NCBI GenBank assembly: GCA_964397195.1
Contig: CAYNGY010000001.1
Span: 269,415-333,414, forward strand
Reading direction: 5' to 3'
DNA from: an uncultured Gammaproteobacteria bacterium
Lineage (GTDB): Bacteria; Patescibacteriota; Patescibacteriia; SBBC01; CAIJZX01
Length of the DNA stretch: 64,000 bases
Positions 49,216 through 58,632 of the stretch are shown one piece after another (position 1 is the first letter of the stretch; the number at the start of each line of letters is the position of its first letter). The notes beneath the pieces are model-generated. The model did no database searches. It was not told the DNA's origin and worked only from the letters and a program-made list of their open reading frames with translations. The position numbers and the translations under genes are program-made.

Positions 49216-49778
49216 GTGGAGATCAAGCGACATCGTCGTCAAGGATCCATTTCGTGGTGCGTACGAGTCCACGTGCAAAGCGGCTGCGTCTGGCGGTCCA
49301 CCCAGACGGTTCGGTCGTCGTGACCATACCGCAGCGCGTGGCCGTGTATCACGCCGAAGCATTTGTGCGTAACATGGCGCATTGGATTCGGGCGAGACAG
49401 GCATACTGGCGAGCACATCCGCAACCGAGGCCGCGATTCACCGCCGCCGATTACAAAAAATACAAGGAAGAGGCGCGATGGCGGCTGACGGAGATGGTGG
49501 TACGCTACGCTCAGGTATACGGATTTTCCTACCGCGCGATTACGATTCGGAATCAACGCACCTGCTGGGGGAGTTGCAGTCGGAAAAAGACGCTCAGTTT
49601 TAACTACAAACTCATATTTCTTCCGGCACGGGTGCAGGAGTACGTTGTCGTTCACGAGCTCTGTCATTTGCGAGAGATGAATCACTCGCCAAAGTTCTGG
49701 ACGCTGGTCAGCCAGATCATTCCGGATTATACTGAGCGACGCCGGGAGCTCCGACGGCTCGGCGTTCAATACCGCTAA
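49212..49778 (+). CDS. YgjP/DUF45-family metal-dependent hydrolase (WLM/SprT-like)
   Basis: 188 aa, HExxH motif VVHELCHLREMNH, DUF45-like N-terminus. Confidence 0.75.
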   Translation: MSGDQATSSSRIHFVVRTSPRAKRLRLAVHPDGSVVVTIPQRVAVYHAEAFVRNMAHWIRARQAYWRAHPQPRPRFTAADYKKYKEEARWRLTEMVVRYAQVYGFSYRAITIRNQRTCWGSCSRKKTLSFNYKLIFLPARVQEYVVVHELCHLREMNHSPKFWTLVSQIIPDYTERRRELRRLGVQYR

Positions 49779-49779
49779 T

Positions 49780-50199
49780 ATGGCCTTCACGATCCCGTCT
49801 TCAATTCCACTCCGGATCATCTACGTCCTTCTTGGCGTTTTGACGCTGTTTCAGCTGGCCCTGATTTTCGGTGCGCCGTGGGGGCATGCCGCCTGGGGCG
49901 GAGCGCATCGCGTTTTGCCGACGCTCTATCGGCTCGGCAGTGTCAGTTCAATTTTGCTCTACCTCTTTTTCGTCTGGGTGTTTCGTCAGCGCGAACAACA
50001 TCCGCAACGGAAAAGCACCAAGACATTGGCCTGGATCATTTTCGGGTATTCGGTAATCGGCGTGGTCATGAATAGTATTTCGTCGAGCCGCTTAGAAAAT
50101 TTCATCTGGGCACCCGTCTCGGCGATCCTTGCCGTCTGCATGTACCTGATCGCCCGACCGCCGCGGAATATCTACGGTCCATATTCGTATTTTCCATAA
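49780..50199 (+). CDS. hypothetical 4-TM membrane protein (paralog of the C-terminal domain of the 54521 gene)
   Basis: 139 aa; shared motif LFQLALIxGxPWGxAxWGG...VLPT..RxGSxxSIL with 54521..55510. Confidence 0.6.
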   Translation: MAFTIPSSIPLRIIYVLLGVLTLFQLALIFGAPWGHAAWGGAHRVLPTLYRLGSVSSILLYLFFVWVFRQREQHPQRKSTKTLAWIIFGYSVIGVVMNSISSSRLENFIWAPVSAILAVCMYLIARPPRNIYGPYSYFP

Positions 50200-50246
50200 T
50201 CCAGAGTCTCGGAGTATACTGGTGGTAATAAACCATCGCCTCAGTC

Positions 50247-51113
50247 ATGGACCCACAATCCAGCATGAAAAGAATACACCTCCTCGGAGCCGCCTTGGCC
50301 GTTTTCCTGGTGATCGCCGCCGGGTGTGGCACGAAGACGTCCTCCACGAATCAAACGATGGGGACGCCGACGAATAAGGCGACAGACGTGATTAAGCCGG
50401 ACGTCAACCTGAATGGTCAGGGCAATGACGTCGAAAAGAAAGTTGTCTTGCCGAGTACCACGGCCAAATATATCACGGCCGTGCCGCTTGACCTGACGCA
50501 AATCGAACGTATCTCGAAGTATCGCAGTTGTGCCGGACATGATCGCTCAGGATATTCGTTCGCTGGTGTCTTCGAATCCGACCGCTCGATGAAACACTAC
50601 GTCTACCCGGTCAAGAAATTTCAGGGCACCACAAACGCGGTTAAACTGTTCGCGCCGTTTGACGGAACCGTCGCGACGATCAATCCGGAAAAGGATAACG
50701 TTGGGGGACGGCCGAAAGGTGGTCACGGTATTGGATTCTCAACACCGGTTGACCCGAACGTCATCTTCCAGTTCGGCCACATCTATTTCGTCAAGGATTT
50801 TGTCGTCGGCGACTCCGTCAAAGCGGGAGAGCTTGTTGGGTATGCCGCGCTCGGCAACGTCGGCAATGACTTCGATCTTGATCTCCTTGGTACCCGTCTC
50901 CCGACGAGCGGGGCCGAAGTGCTCGGTTCCATTTTTGAACACCTGTCCCCGGCAGTGGAGGCCGCTTTCGCCAAGGTTGGCATCACGCCGGATACCACGT
51001 CCTGGAGTGCTGAGTATCGCGATGCGCATCCGTGCTATTACAACCAACCAGCCAAGCAAGATCCAACCCTGACCGGCCGAAACAACGTCGACTGGGTAGT
51101 CCTAAAAAAATAA
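50247..51113 (+). CDS. hypothetical lipoprotein
   Basis: Signal peptide/lipobox MKRIHLLGAALAVFLVIAAGCG (alternative start 50265); TAATG overlap with the next gene. Confidence 0.65.
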   Translation: MDPQSSMKRIHLLGAALAVFLVIAAGCGTKTSSTNQTMGTPTNKATDVIKPDVNLNGQGNDVEKKVVLPSTTAKYITAVPLDLTQIERISKYRSCAGHDRSGYSFAGVFESDRSMKHYVYPVKKFQGTTNAVKLFAPFDGTVATINPEKDNVGGRPKGGHGIGFSTPVDPNVIFQFGHIYFVKDFVVGDSVKAGELVGYAALGNVGNDFDLDLLGTRLPTSGAEVLGSIFEHLSPAVEAAFAKVGITPDTTSWSAEYRDAHPCYYNQPAKQDPTLTGRNNVDWVVLKK

Positions 51114-51778
51114 TGGTGACCCGACGCGCCTTCTCTCTATTTATTCTCGGCTTTTTCGCGCTCTGGACGCTCGCGTGGCTGAAACACCAGCTCCTGGTGG
51201 TCGGCTGGCACTGGTGGTCGGCGGATAATCACCCGGTCGAACTGATCTACTGGGCGATCATGAAATGTGTCATCTGGGTGGTCTATCCGGCGCTCTGGTG
51301 GTGGAAACGGGTACCGAACATTCGCGATTTCATCGGCCTAGCACCCTCATCCATTAAGTCAGGATATCAGTGGGGCAGTCTGACGACGCTGATTTGGGTC
51401 GGCGCCGCTCTGGCGGCCATGCCGCTGCTCGGGCAATCATTCGGTTGGCCGGACCACTGGGCTTCGTACGTCTATGCAGCAACGCTGACCCCAATCATGG
51501 AAGAAATACTCTTTCGTGGGTTTATCATCTCCGGGTTCCTGGCGCTTAAGATCGACGGCAAGATTGCGAACCTGATGACGACAATTCTATTTCTATTGAT
51601 TCACGGCGTTGGCTGGGCCTTCCAAGGAGTTTTCCTGCAGCATATCACCTCGACTGCGGTGGTCAGCATTGCGCTCCTGAGCATCCTCGCCGGGTTCATT
51701 CGCATTCACAGCGGCTCGCTTCGCGCCTCGATGCTCCTACATATCGGTAACAATGGCCTGGCCGGACTAATACCGTAG
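51113..51778 (+). CDS. CPBP-family intramembrane metalloprotease (CAAX protease-like)
   Basis: Polytopic protein with the EEILFRG motif and downstream conserved His residues. Confidence 0.75.
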   Translation: MVTRRAFSLFILGFFALWTLAWLKHQLLVVGWHWWSADNHPVELIYWAIMKCVIWVVYPALWWWKRVPNIRDFIGLAPSSIKSGYQWGSLTTLIWVGAALAAMPLLGQSFGWPDHWASYVYAATLTPIMEEILFRGFIISGFLALKIDGKIANLMTTILFLLIHGVGWAFQGVFLQHITSTAVVSIALLSILAGFIRIHSGSLRASMLLHIGNNGLAGLIP

Positions 51779-51996
51779 GGTCGGCGTGACTTGACATGGT
51801 TGGGCGACCGGGTTTACACTTTCAAACTCTTTAACAATTCGTTCGAAACCATCCATTCCTGGTTCCCTTATCGAGTAGGGGCAGTAGCGCGTAGGTCAGA
51901 CCGATCGTCTGGACTGTGCGCTGTGGCCCTCGGCTATAGCATCAGCGCACCGACACGACGTCGGTGCCACGGTCTACAACCAGGAGGAGGTTCCAG

Positions 51997-52602
51997 ATGT
52001 CTGGTCCGTCCGTTGCCCAGGAGACCCCCGGAGACATTGTCTTGGCGTTGTTGCAGGTCGACCCGAACCTCGGGTGCTGTGAGGTCGCCATGCGTCATGC
52101 GCGCGAGGACCTGACCATCCGCCACACCTTGGCCAGTCGGCTGCTGCGGCCGGAGATTCGTCGTCACCGCGTGACGGTCGACTATCGCCCGGAGGCCGTT
52201 CGTCGGATCAAGGAAGCGCTTCGGCCGCTCATCGCCAAGGCGACGCACTCGGGTCTGACCGAGGAGAGTTTTCGCGTGACGCGCACCGGTCGGGCCGACG
52301 TTTTCGTCGACGAAGTCTTCATCGGTCGCCCGCTCAGGACCGGCCAGAAGCTGGCCTTCATCCGCGCGCTCAAGCGGCGTCCGCTGTGTGTCATCGAATC
52401 GGTCACCACCTTCGACGAGGTTCTCTGCGGCGTCCCGTACCCGATCATGGCGCTCTGTAGTCCCACATTCGAAACGATCGGTTCCTTCGAAGCCATGCCG
52501 GCGTTGCTGCAGACGCCGGTCGAGCGGATCCCGAGCGCCTGTCGCCCGGAGACGCTCTGGAGTCAGGAGTATCGTATCCTCATGGCCGCCGACGCTGCCT
52601 AG
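51997..52602 (+). CDS. hypothetical protein (high-GC)
   Basis: 201 aa; strong SD CCAGGAGGAGG; + strand terminator downstream; the competing minus ORF would start inside a terminator hairpin. Confidence 0.55.
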   Translation: MSGPSVAQETPGDIVLALLQVDPNLGCCEVAMRHAREDLTIRHTLASRLLRPEIRRHRVTVDYRPEAVRRIKEALRPLIAKATHSGLTEESFRVTRTGRADVFVDEVFIGRPLRTGQKLAFIRALKRRPLCVIESVTTFDEVLCGVPYPIMALCSPTFETIGSFEAMPALLQTPVERIPSACRPETLWSQEYRILMAADAA

Positions 52603-52633
52603 CGTCACCCGTTCTTCTCGCCCTGTTCTCTGT

Positions 52634-52666
52634 GGGGAGCCCTCGCCGGGGCTCCTCCGTTTTTGT
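52634..52666 (+). terminator. rho-independent terminator
   Basis: GGGGAGCCC-tcgcc-GGGGCTCC followed by TTTTT. Confidence 0.75.
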
Positions 52667-52668
52667 AT

Positions 52669-52704
52669 AAAAAATTCGCGGTGGCCCGTGAGAGCCACCG
52701 CTGA
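52669..52704 (-). terminator. rho-independent terminator (minus strand), repeat copy 1
   Basis: GCGGTGGC-ccgtgaga-GCCACCGC hairpin followed by a T6 run on the minus strand; 36-nt identical copy at 53278. Confidence 0.75.
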
Positions 52705-52717
52705 AGGTGCGGGCGCA

Positions 52718-53164
52718 TCAGAGTCCGATGCCCTGATGAACCATGAGTTGGAAGGTCGTATTCTGGCCGAGTCGATGCACGCTGACCTTCAGGTACCAGT
52801 AGTCGTCGCTCTGCCACGACCACTTCCGATTGGGGTTGCTGATGCCCGTCATCCGCAGGGTGATCGGCACTCCATGGGTCAGCTGGCGACTGCTCGCCGC
52901 GAAGTCCACGTACTCGCCGCCCGTACCGGTGTTGGTGTGCTGGAAGTACGCCTGCCAGCCATCGAGGACGAGATCTTCGGCCGGCGAGATCAGGGTGATG
53001 ACGAGCGAGGTGTCGTGGAAGGCGGCCGTATAGGTGACGGTCGGCGCGTTCGGGTTGTCCGGGGGGGTCGGCGGCGCGGTCGGTCCGCTCTTTCCTTTCG
53101 AGCAGCCAGTGACGATACCGACCAAGATGATCAAGAGAGCGGATCGCGTTAAGAAACGGAGCAT
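52718..53164 (-). CDS. hypothetical lipoprotein (high-GC)
   Basis: Internal ATG with AAAGGAG SD gives MLRFLTRSALLIILVGIVTGCS (lipobox); the ORF extends to a GTG at 53203. Confidence 0.6.
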   Translation of the reverse strand: MLRFLTRSALLIILVGIVTGCSKGKSGPTAPPTPPDNPNAPTVTYTAAFHDTSLVITLISPAEDLVLDGWQAYFQHTNTGTGGEYVDFAASSRQLTHGVPITLRMTGISNPNRKWSWQSDDYWYLKVSVHRLGQNTTFQLMVHQGIGL

Positions 53165-53275
53165 TTGCCTACTCCTTTGGCGGGCGTAAGCGACCAATTT
53201 CACTTACATCGCTACCCTGTCATAAGCCATGGATCGTGTCAACCGTCGGACGAGGTGGACGAGTGTGCATCGGCG

Positions 53276-53313
53276 TAAAAAAATTCGCGGTGGCCCGTGA
53301 GAGCCACCGCTGA
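53276..53313 (-). terminator. rho-independent terminator (minus strand), repeat copy 2
   Basis: Same hairpin and poly-T as 52669..52704. Confidence 0.75.
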
Positions 53314-53339
53314 TGGTGCGAGGTGTGCGCTGCCTAGCG

Positions 53340-53843
53340 CTAGTTGATGAACAGGCCGAGCGAGGCGAAGCTGGTTGATGCCAGCTGATGCTCGCGGAGG
53401 ATGCCCCGACACTGTTCCGCCAGGGCGTCGGCCGACAGGACGTGCATCAGGTCGCAGTTCCAGGCGCGGGGTAGCAGCCGTCGATCGGACGGCGTAGTCA
53501 GGTGCAACCCCAAGCCGAACCGATAGGTCGGAAAGTTCCGTCGCGCGTCGAGGAACCGGCCAATGGCATCCATCGGGATCTCGCTGACGCCGGCGGCGAA
53601 GACGAAGTCCGTCATCGTCGGGGCGAAGACGATCGCCAGGACCTGACAGTTGTTGTTGGCCATCTCGAACGAGACCATGGCGTGCTCACTCGACGCTTGG
53701 TAGGCGACGAGGTTGCTGTTCACCTCGGCCAACTGTGCCGGCGGGTAGTTCAGGCTGATGACCGGCATGGTGGCCACGCCATCGGTAGTTACACCGATGC
53801 TGATCGAGTGGGCCCGGAAAACGCGGGCGAGTTCATGACTCAA
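53340..53843 (-). CDS. hypothetical cytoplasmic protein
   Basis: 167-aa ORF ending just upstream of repeat terminator copy 2. Confidence 0.5.
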   Translation of the reverse strand: MSHELARVFRAHSISIGVTTDGVATMPVISLNYPPAQLAEVNSNLVAYQASSEHAMVSFEMANNNCQVLAIVFAPTMTDFVFAAGVSEIPMDAIGRFLDARRNFPTYRFGLGLHLTTPSDRRLLPRAWNCDLMHVLSADALAEQCRGILREHQLASTSFASLGLFIN

Positions 53844-53959
53844 AGGACACTCCTTCCGTGAAGGTGGCGGCGAGAAACGTGACTCACTGCGGGGGACACG
53901 CTACCAAAAAAATCCAGGTTTGTCAACCCCAGCCGGTTAGGAAGTGGTGGCGGGTGAAT

Positions 53960-54457
53960 TTACGGGGTGACCCCGACAGTCAATGTTTGTGTGTCGACTC
54001 GCTGGACGCGCCAACACCCGTCAACCTTTTTTGTCGTCCATGTCAGACGGGTAAACGTCTGGCCATTGACGGCGCGTTCGCCAATGTCACTCCACGGATG
54101 GTTCTGATCAAGTCCGGTCAATTCAAGATTCTGCGATCGATAGGTCGACATCGCCTGTTCAAGCGACTGACGATCCGCCGCGGAAATATCCCGTGTGTAA
54201 TATCGCCGGACCGTGGCGCTATCATGGCTGGTCATGGCCGCTAAGAACCCACCGAGGTAATCCCGCGGGTCGTCGTAGCTGTATTGAATCGTTTTTGGCT
54301 TTGGACAGGTCGCGCTCGGGTACTGCTGCCAGATAAACCATCCACCGATCACGACGACGATAACGGTCAGCGAAGCAGCATACCAAACTAGGGCCCGAGA
54401 CCGATGTGGGACGGGGCGTGGGCTGTTGAATGCGTTGTTCGGGGTGGAATCAGTCAT
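53960..54457 (-). CDS. hypothetical membrane-anchored protein
   Basis: 165 aa, N-terminal TM then a SnoaL/NTF2-like sized domain. Confidence 0.5.
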   Translation of the reverse strand: MTDSTPNNAFNSPRPVPHRSRALVWYAASLTVIVVVIGGWFIWQQYPSATCPKPKTIQYSYDDPRDYLGGFLAAMTSHDSATVRRYYTRDISAADRQSLEQAMSTYRSQNLELTGLDQNHPWSDIGERAVNGQTFTRLTWTTKKVDGCWRVQRVDTQTLTVGVTP

Positions 54458-54520
54458 ATTCGAAATCTACCATATTCTATATGGCGCGACAAACCGTAGA
54501 ATCCGCGGTAGACTATCGTC

Positions 54521-55510
54521 ATGACTGTCTCCACCCTCCATCAACTCGCCACCGATATCGTCTCGCGAGCCAAAGTCCTCAAAGACAATCACACCGATCA
54601 AAGCGGCGCGCCCGTGAATTACGCCTGTATTTTTTCGCAGAGCGACACTGAATATCATGAACTCTTGGTTGCGGCGCAGGCGATAGGTACCGTCATCAAA
54701 GACACGCCCACCGGGCCGCTATTTCAGATCGCACCCCTCGCCACGAGTGCGGGGAAACTCCGGCTCCTAAAAATCCGCAAACCCGACGCAACTCGCCCCG
54801 AACGCGGTGATGCTGATTTTACCGTTGATGACTACCCGGGCTTCAAAGCCAGATGTCTGTCCAAACCGGGATTCAGTCTGATAGAACGTCCGGGGATGGA
54901 AATGATTGAATTGGTTGAGTCGGGGACGAACGTGCGCGCCTACTTTTCCTATCCGCCACTCGACCAAGAGCTTGGGCTGACGAGCGATCAGGTTATTCCC
55001 GAGATCGTGCCGAGTGCGAAACCGTCTCCCGGGCCTGCTATGCTCGCCCGCGTGTTTCGATATTGGCCGCTCAGCTCATTTCACACCAACCCGATCTATC
55101 GACTGCCGATGCTGGTCATCATGAAACTTCTCGGGCTGCTGGCACTCTTCCAGTTGGCGCTGATCTGTGGACTGCCGTGGGGGCGTGCCGTCTGGGGCGG
55201 GCAGGATGACGTTTTACCAACCTCATTACGAATTGGCAGTGCCATTTCGATCCTCATCTACATCCTGATGTTCAGCGTCGCCCTCGATCGCACCAGCGAA
55301 AACTCGCGCCGTGTTTATCGTCGCCGGACAGCGGTTCTGACCTGGGCGATCACCGTCTACCTCTATCTGGGTGTCGTCATCAACCTCATCTCGCCAAGTC
55401 TGTGGGAGAAATATTTGATGGCGCCGATCGCTTTCGTCCTCGCCCTAAGCTTCACTCGCTTGGTCCGTCGGCCGAAGATGACGGAGGCCATGGTCCACGC
55501 CAATTCGTAA
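54521..55510 (+). CDS. hypothetical two-domain protein: soluble N-domain plus 4-TM domain paralogous to 49780..50199
   Basis: 329 aa; C-terminal 140 aa align with the 49780 protein. Confidence 0.6.
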   Translation: MTVSTLHQLATDIVSRAKVLKDNHTDQSGAPVNYACIFSQSDTEYHELLVAAQAIGTVIKDTPTGPLFQIAPLATSAGKLRLLKIRKPDATRPERGDADFTVDDYPGFKARCLSKPGFSLIERPGMEMIELVESGTNVRAYFSYPPLDQELGLTSDQVIPEIVPSAKPSPGPAMLARVFRYWPLSSFHTNPIYRLPMLVIMKLLGLLALFQLALICGLPWGRAVWGGQDDVLPTSLRIGSAISILIYILMFSVALDRTSENSRRVYRRRTAVLTWAITVYLYLGVVINLISPSLWEKYLMAPIAFVLALSFTRLVRRPKMTEAMVHANS

Positions 55511-55540
55511 ACAAAAAACCCCGACGGTCGCGGTGGGCGA

Positions 55541-56698
55541 CTATCGGGGGAGAAGGGCGCGAAGGGCGGCGGCGTTGGGTGGTTCTTGGCGTTCGCCAAG
55601 GGTGATCAGGATGCCGTGTCGGTAGTAGGGCATCGACGGAACGTTCAGGCGGCAGTGCTGATGGATGACACACTGGAGACAGCTGCGGGCGAAGGCGCGG
55701 TGGCGTCGTGCATCCCAGGCCATCCGCAATGGGCCATGTCCGTTGACCGACGGTGTGGCCGTGAAGAGCGGCAAATCGTTGACGTCGGGCTGGACCCAGA
55801 TGATCTTACGTTCGATCTTCGTATTGCGGGCGCGGTACCGACCGTACTGAGTGAACCAGTTGCCCGGATTGTGCGGACACATATCGCGGGCAAAGAGCCA
55901 GATCGCGTTCGCGAACTCGATCGGATCGGTCTCGGTCAGGCGGGTGTACCGCACCATCAACCGGCGCAGAACCCGCATGATCTCCGGCGTGTAAAACGTG
56001 CGGTGCCGTTTCCGCTCGATATACATCTCGTGGCCGAGATGACCATCCGTCCAGCGAATGATCTTCGTGGCGACCGCGATGCGCAGCCAGTGGATGTCGA
56101 TCGGCGGCGGAAAATGGTACCGCCTCAACAGGCCGGCGTCCATGTAGAAATAGACGAGCATCGACACCATCTTGTAGCCGAACCCGAGGAAGCCGAGTTC
56201 GACGCCATGGACCCGGCGCGTCAGCAAAAGACGACAGGCGCCGTGATAGGTGTTGAGCTGGTCGATAAATCGCTGCATATCACCGCCGGTGAAGGCGAGT
56301 AAGCGACGCGAGTTTTCGATCCAGTGCTCGGCTACCTGAGCGCTGTTGAATCCGAGCTTGTAGGACTCGAGCAGGGCAGTCAAGGTCGCGACCTCGAGTT
56401 CCGACGCGGCGTAACTCGGGTTGAAGACCTCCGGATGATCGCGGTGCAGATCGGTCAGGGCCACCATCGCGGTCGTCGAGTTGATGCCGCCCTTCATCTG
56501 GCTACAGGCGTAGAACAGGAGCAGGGCGAGCTCAGTCGGACGGGCCGTAATGTCGGGCGGCATATTTTCGGCCACGTGTGGCACGACGAGGTCGGGGCGC
56601 GAGAAGGGATACTGCTGACGGCGGGCGGCGTCGAGGACCAGGCCAAACACCGCCCGGGCGCGACGCATACTCGTCAGGTACGGATGGGTGGTGGCCAT
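55541..56698 (-). CDS. hypothetical protein (high-GC) with C-terminal Cys cluster
   Basis: 385 aa from ATG at 56698 (ORF extends to GTG 56710); minus-strand terminator hairpin overlaps its stop. Confidence 0.5.
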   Translation of the reverse strand: MATTHPYLTSMRRARAVFGLVLDAARRQQYPFSRPDLVVPHVAENMPPDITARPTELALLLFYACSQMKGGINSTTAMVALTDLHRDHPEVFNPSYAASELEVATLTALLESYKLGFNSAQVAEHWIENSRRLLAFTGGDMQRFIDQLNTYHGACRLLLTRRVHGVELGFLGFGYKMVSMLVYFYMDAGLLRRYHFPPPIDIHWLRIAVATKIIRWTDGHLGHEMYIERKRHRTFYTPEIMRVLRRLMVRYTRLTETDPIEFANAIWLFARDMCPHNPGNWFTQYGRYRARNTKIERKIIWVQPDVNDLPLFTATPSVNGHGPLRMAWDARRHRAFARSCLQCVIHQHCRLNVPSMPYYRHGILITLGERQEPPNAAALRALLPR

Positions 56699-56881
56699 GG
56701 TCGGCCTCACTGGGTGGGAAGGACAGTGAATCAGGACGATCCCAATTCGCCCGCAGTATGGGCGTTTTCCGGGGGTGCGTCAAGCGCCTTCCGGGCGAAT
56801 AGTAGGCCTAGCCACGATTGACAAATCGTCGATTCCGTGTAAGGATGGGGCGGTCTCTGACGGTGATTCGAGATATGACCC

Positions 56882-57292
56882 ATGCACACCGGAGGTGCTC
56901 TTTTGGTACTGTTCGTCGAACGCTACATCAATCGCGGGGCGCTGGCGCCCGAGACCATCACGGTCGTAGAGTTGACCGGGGACGGTCTGCGGGCCATCGT
57001 CGCGACGGCAATGTCGCACCACGGGGTCAACGTCGACCCGACGATGATCAACCTCAACACGTTCTACTTGGACACGGTGCCGCCTCGTAGTAATCGGGAG
57101 GAGCATGTCGACTACATGAGCCACGACATCGTCATCGTCGTCCGTGACGATGCCCCTCGCTGGGTCGGCATGGGCTGTCATTCGACCGCGGAACAGATCG
57201 CTGTCAAATATGGCGGAATCTTGCCGCCGGCGCTCAAGGTTGGCGTTGCGATCCAGCTCTGCACCATGGTGGATGTCACGGTCACGACGTAG
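56882..57292 (+). CDS. hypothetical protein
   Basis: 136 aa, high GC3 coding pattern, followed 26 bp later by the next gene. Confidence 0.45.
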   Translation: MHTGGALLVLFVERYINRGALAPETITVVELTGDGLRAIVATAMSHHGVNVDPTMINLNTFYLDTVPPRSNREEHVDYMSHDIVIVVRDDAPRWVGMGCHSTAEQIAVKYGGILPPALKVGVAIQLCTMVDVTVTT

Positions 57293-57318
57293 AAGGTCCA
57301 CAATTCCGCGGAGGCCCA

Positions 57319-57693
57319 ATGCCGAAGATTCTGCTGTACCGCAAGCCGACGTTCATCACGGATGACATGGTCGGCGCGCTGACGCTGATACTTCGCGAGG
57401 AAGCGGCGCCGCTGCTCTCGAGTCCGAGCGCTGGTGAGATGATCACGCCCATGCAGATCGAAGTCTGGGTGCACGATGGGCACCCGCTCGACGACAACAC
57501 CTGTGATCTGTCGATCGAGGTCCAGGCCGGCGATGTGTCTGGGCGGGGCAAGACCGGGCCGAAGATCATCAAGACGCTGGCCGAAGCGGTCGGCCACATC
57601 GTGCCCCACCTGGTCGGCAACCCCCTGCGGTCGATCGACACCTGGATCGAGCTCGACCTCGGCCAGAAGTACGGCCGGAAGATCTGGCCCTGA
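57319..57693 (+). CDS. hypothetical protein
   Basis: 124 aa, GGAGG SD, terminator downstream. Confidence 0.55.
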   Translation: MPKILLYRKPTFITDDMVGALTLILREEAAPLLSSPSAGEMITPMQIEVWVHDGHPLDDNTCDLSIEVQAGDVSGRGKTGPKIIKTLAEAVGHIVPHLVGNPLRSIDTWIELDLGQKYGRKIWP

Positions 57694-57709
57694 ACGCACC
57701 ATCCCGAAG

Positions 57710-57766
57710 CCCGTCGCGAGGAGATTCTGAGCTTGTCTCAGACCCTCGCGACGGGCGATTTTGCTT
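57710..57766 (+). terminator. rho-independent terminator
   Basis: CCCGTCGCGAGG...CCTCGCGACGGG long stem followed by CGATTTTGCTTT. Confidence 0.75.
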
Positions 57767-57775
57767 TGAACGTGG

Positions 57776-57804
57776 AATTGACAACGGCCGTTTCACGGGA
57801 TACA
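57776..57804 (+). promoter_or_regulatory. sigma70-type promoter
   Basis: TTGACA, 17-bp spacer, TACAGT. Confidence 0.55.
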
Positions 57805-57856
57805 GTGTGGCCGGATTTGTTCGCACCCTCAAGTATCCAAAAACGAGGAGGCACCC

Positions 57857-58438
57857 GTGTTCCATGCGCTGCAGTGGCTTGGAGGGGGCTGCTACCTCCT
57901 CAATAAGATCTTTCTCGCCTGGACCGAGGACGCCGCGCAACGTGGTCATGATCGGTGGGCGAACATATGGCGAATTACCGCCTGGGTGGTCTATCTGATC
58001 GGCCTCCCGCCGTGGGTCATCATCTTCGTCCATCGGCAAGATTGGATCGCCGCTTCCGTGGAAGCCGGCGGGGCCCCGGCCATGGTCCTGGGACTAGTCA
58101 TCGCCATCAATGGCTCAACCGCGAAGTCACCGGTGTGGCTCGACCGACTGGCGTTCCTCTGCATCCCCATCGGCATCGGGTATAGTCTCTACGATTTCGG
58201 TGGCCTACGAACATTCAGTCAGGTTCTCGAGCTCGGTCTCGCACTCGGGTTCCTCACCGGAACGTACCAACTCGCGAAACAAGATCCACGAGGATACCTC
58301 TGGTACGTCCTGATGCATATCAGCTGCGGGTGGCTGATGGCGAACCAGGGTTTCTACTGGCTCGCTGCTCAGCAAGCCGTCTCGCTCCTCTTCATCATCC
58401 GGGCCTATGTGACAGCTATCCGGCGTCCGTCGGTCTGA
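57857..58438 (+). CDS. hypothetical polytopic membrane protein
   Basis: 193 aa, GTG start with GAGGAGG SD, about 6 TM helices. Confidence 0.6.
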   Translation: MFHALQWLGGGCYLLNKIFLAWTEDAAQRGHDRWANIWRITAWVVYLIGLPPWVIIFVHRQDWIAASVEAGGAPAMVLGLVIAINGSTAKSPVWLDRLAFLCIPIGIGYSLYDFGGLRTFSQVLELGLALGFLTGTYQLAKQDPRGYLWYVLMHISCGWLMANQGFYWLAAQQAVSLLFIIRAYVTAIRRPSV

Positions 58439-58444
58439 TGGCGC

Positions 58445-58480
58445 CCCGCTTCGTTCACTCGAAGCGGGCGATTTTGTTTT
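58445..58480 (+). terminator. rho-independent terminator
   Basis: CCCGCTTCG-ttcact-CGAAGCGGG followed by CGATTTTGTTTT. Confidence 0.8.
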
Positions 58481-58632
58481 CGGCGAGCCGATTCTCCACG
58501 CGGTTCTCGGCCTGGCCCGAACCTTGGTCGAACAATAATGAATATATACCCCAGAGATCGATCTTGACGTCAGTCTATTTGACGGCTAATGTGGCCGCAC
58601 GCACCTCTCCATCCTGTACCGGAGGACACACC

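Noticed and set aside
51934-52698. 254-aa minus-strand ORF overlapping 51997..52602
   Set aside because: Its start would fall within the minus-strand terminator hairpin at 52677-52700. The plus ORF has a strong SD and its own downstream terminator.
55586-56302. 238-aa plus-strand ORF opposite the 55541..56698 minus-strand gene
   Set aside because: It is shorter than the minus-strand ORF. It has no SD, and the minus gene has a matching minus-strand terminator overlapping its stop. This is still uncertain in high-GC DNA.
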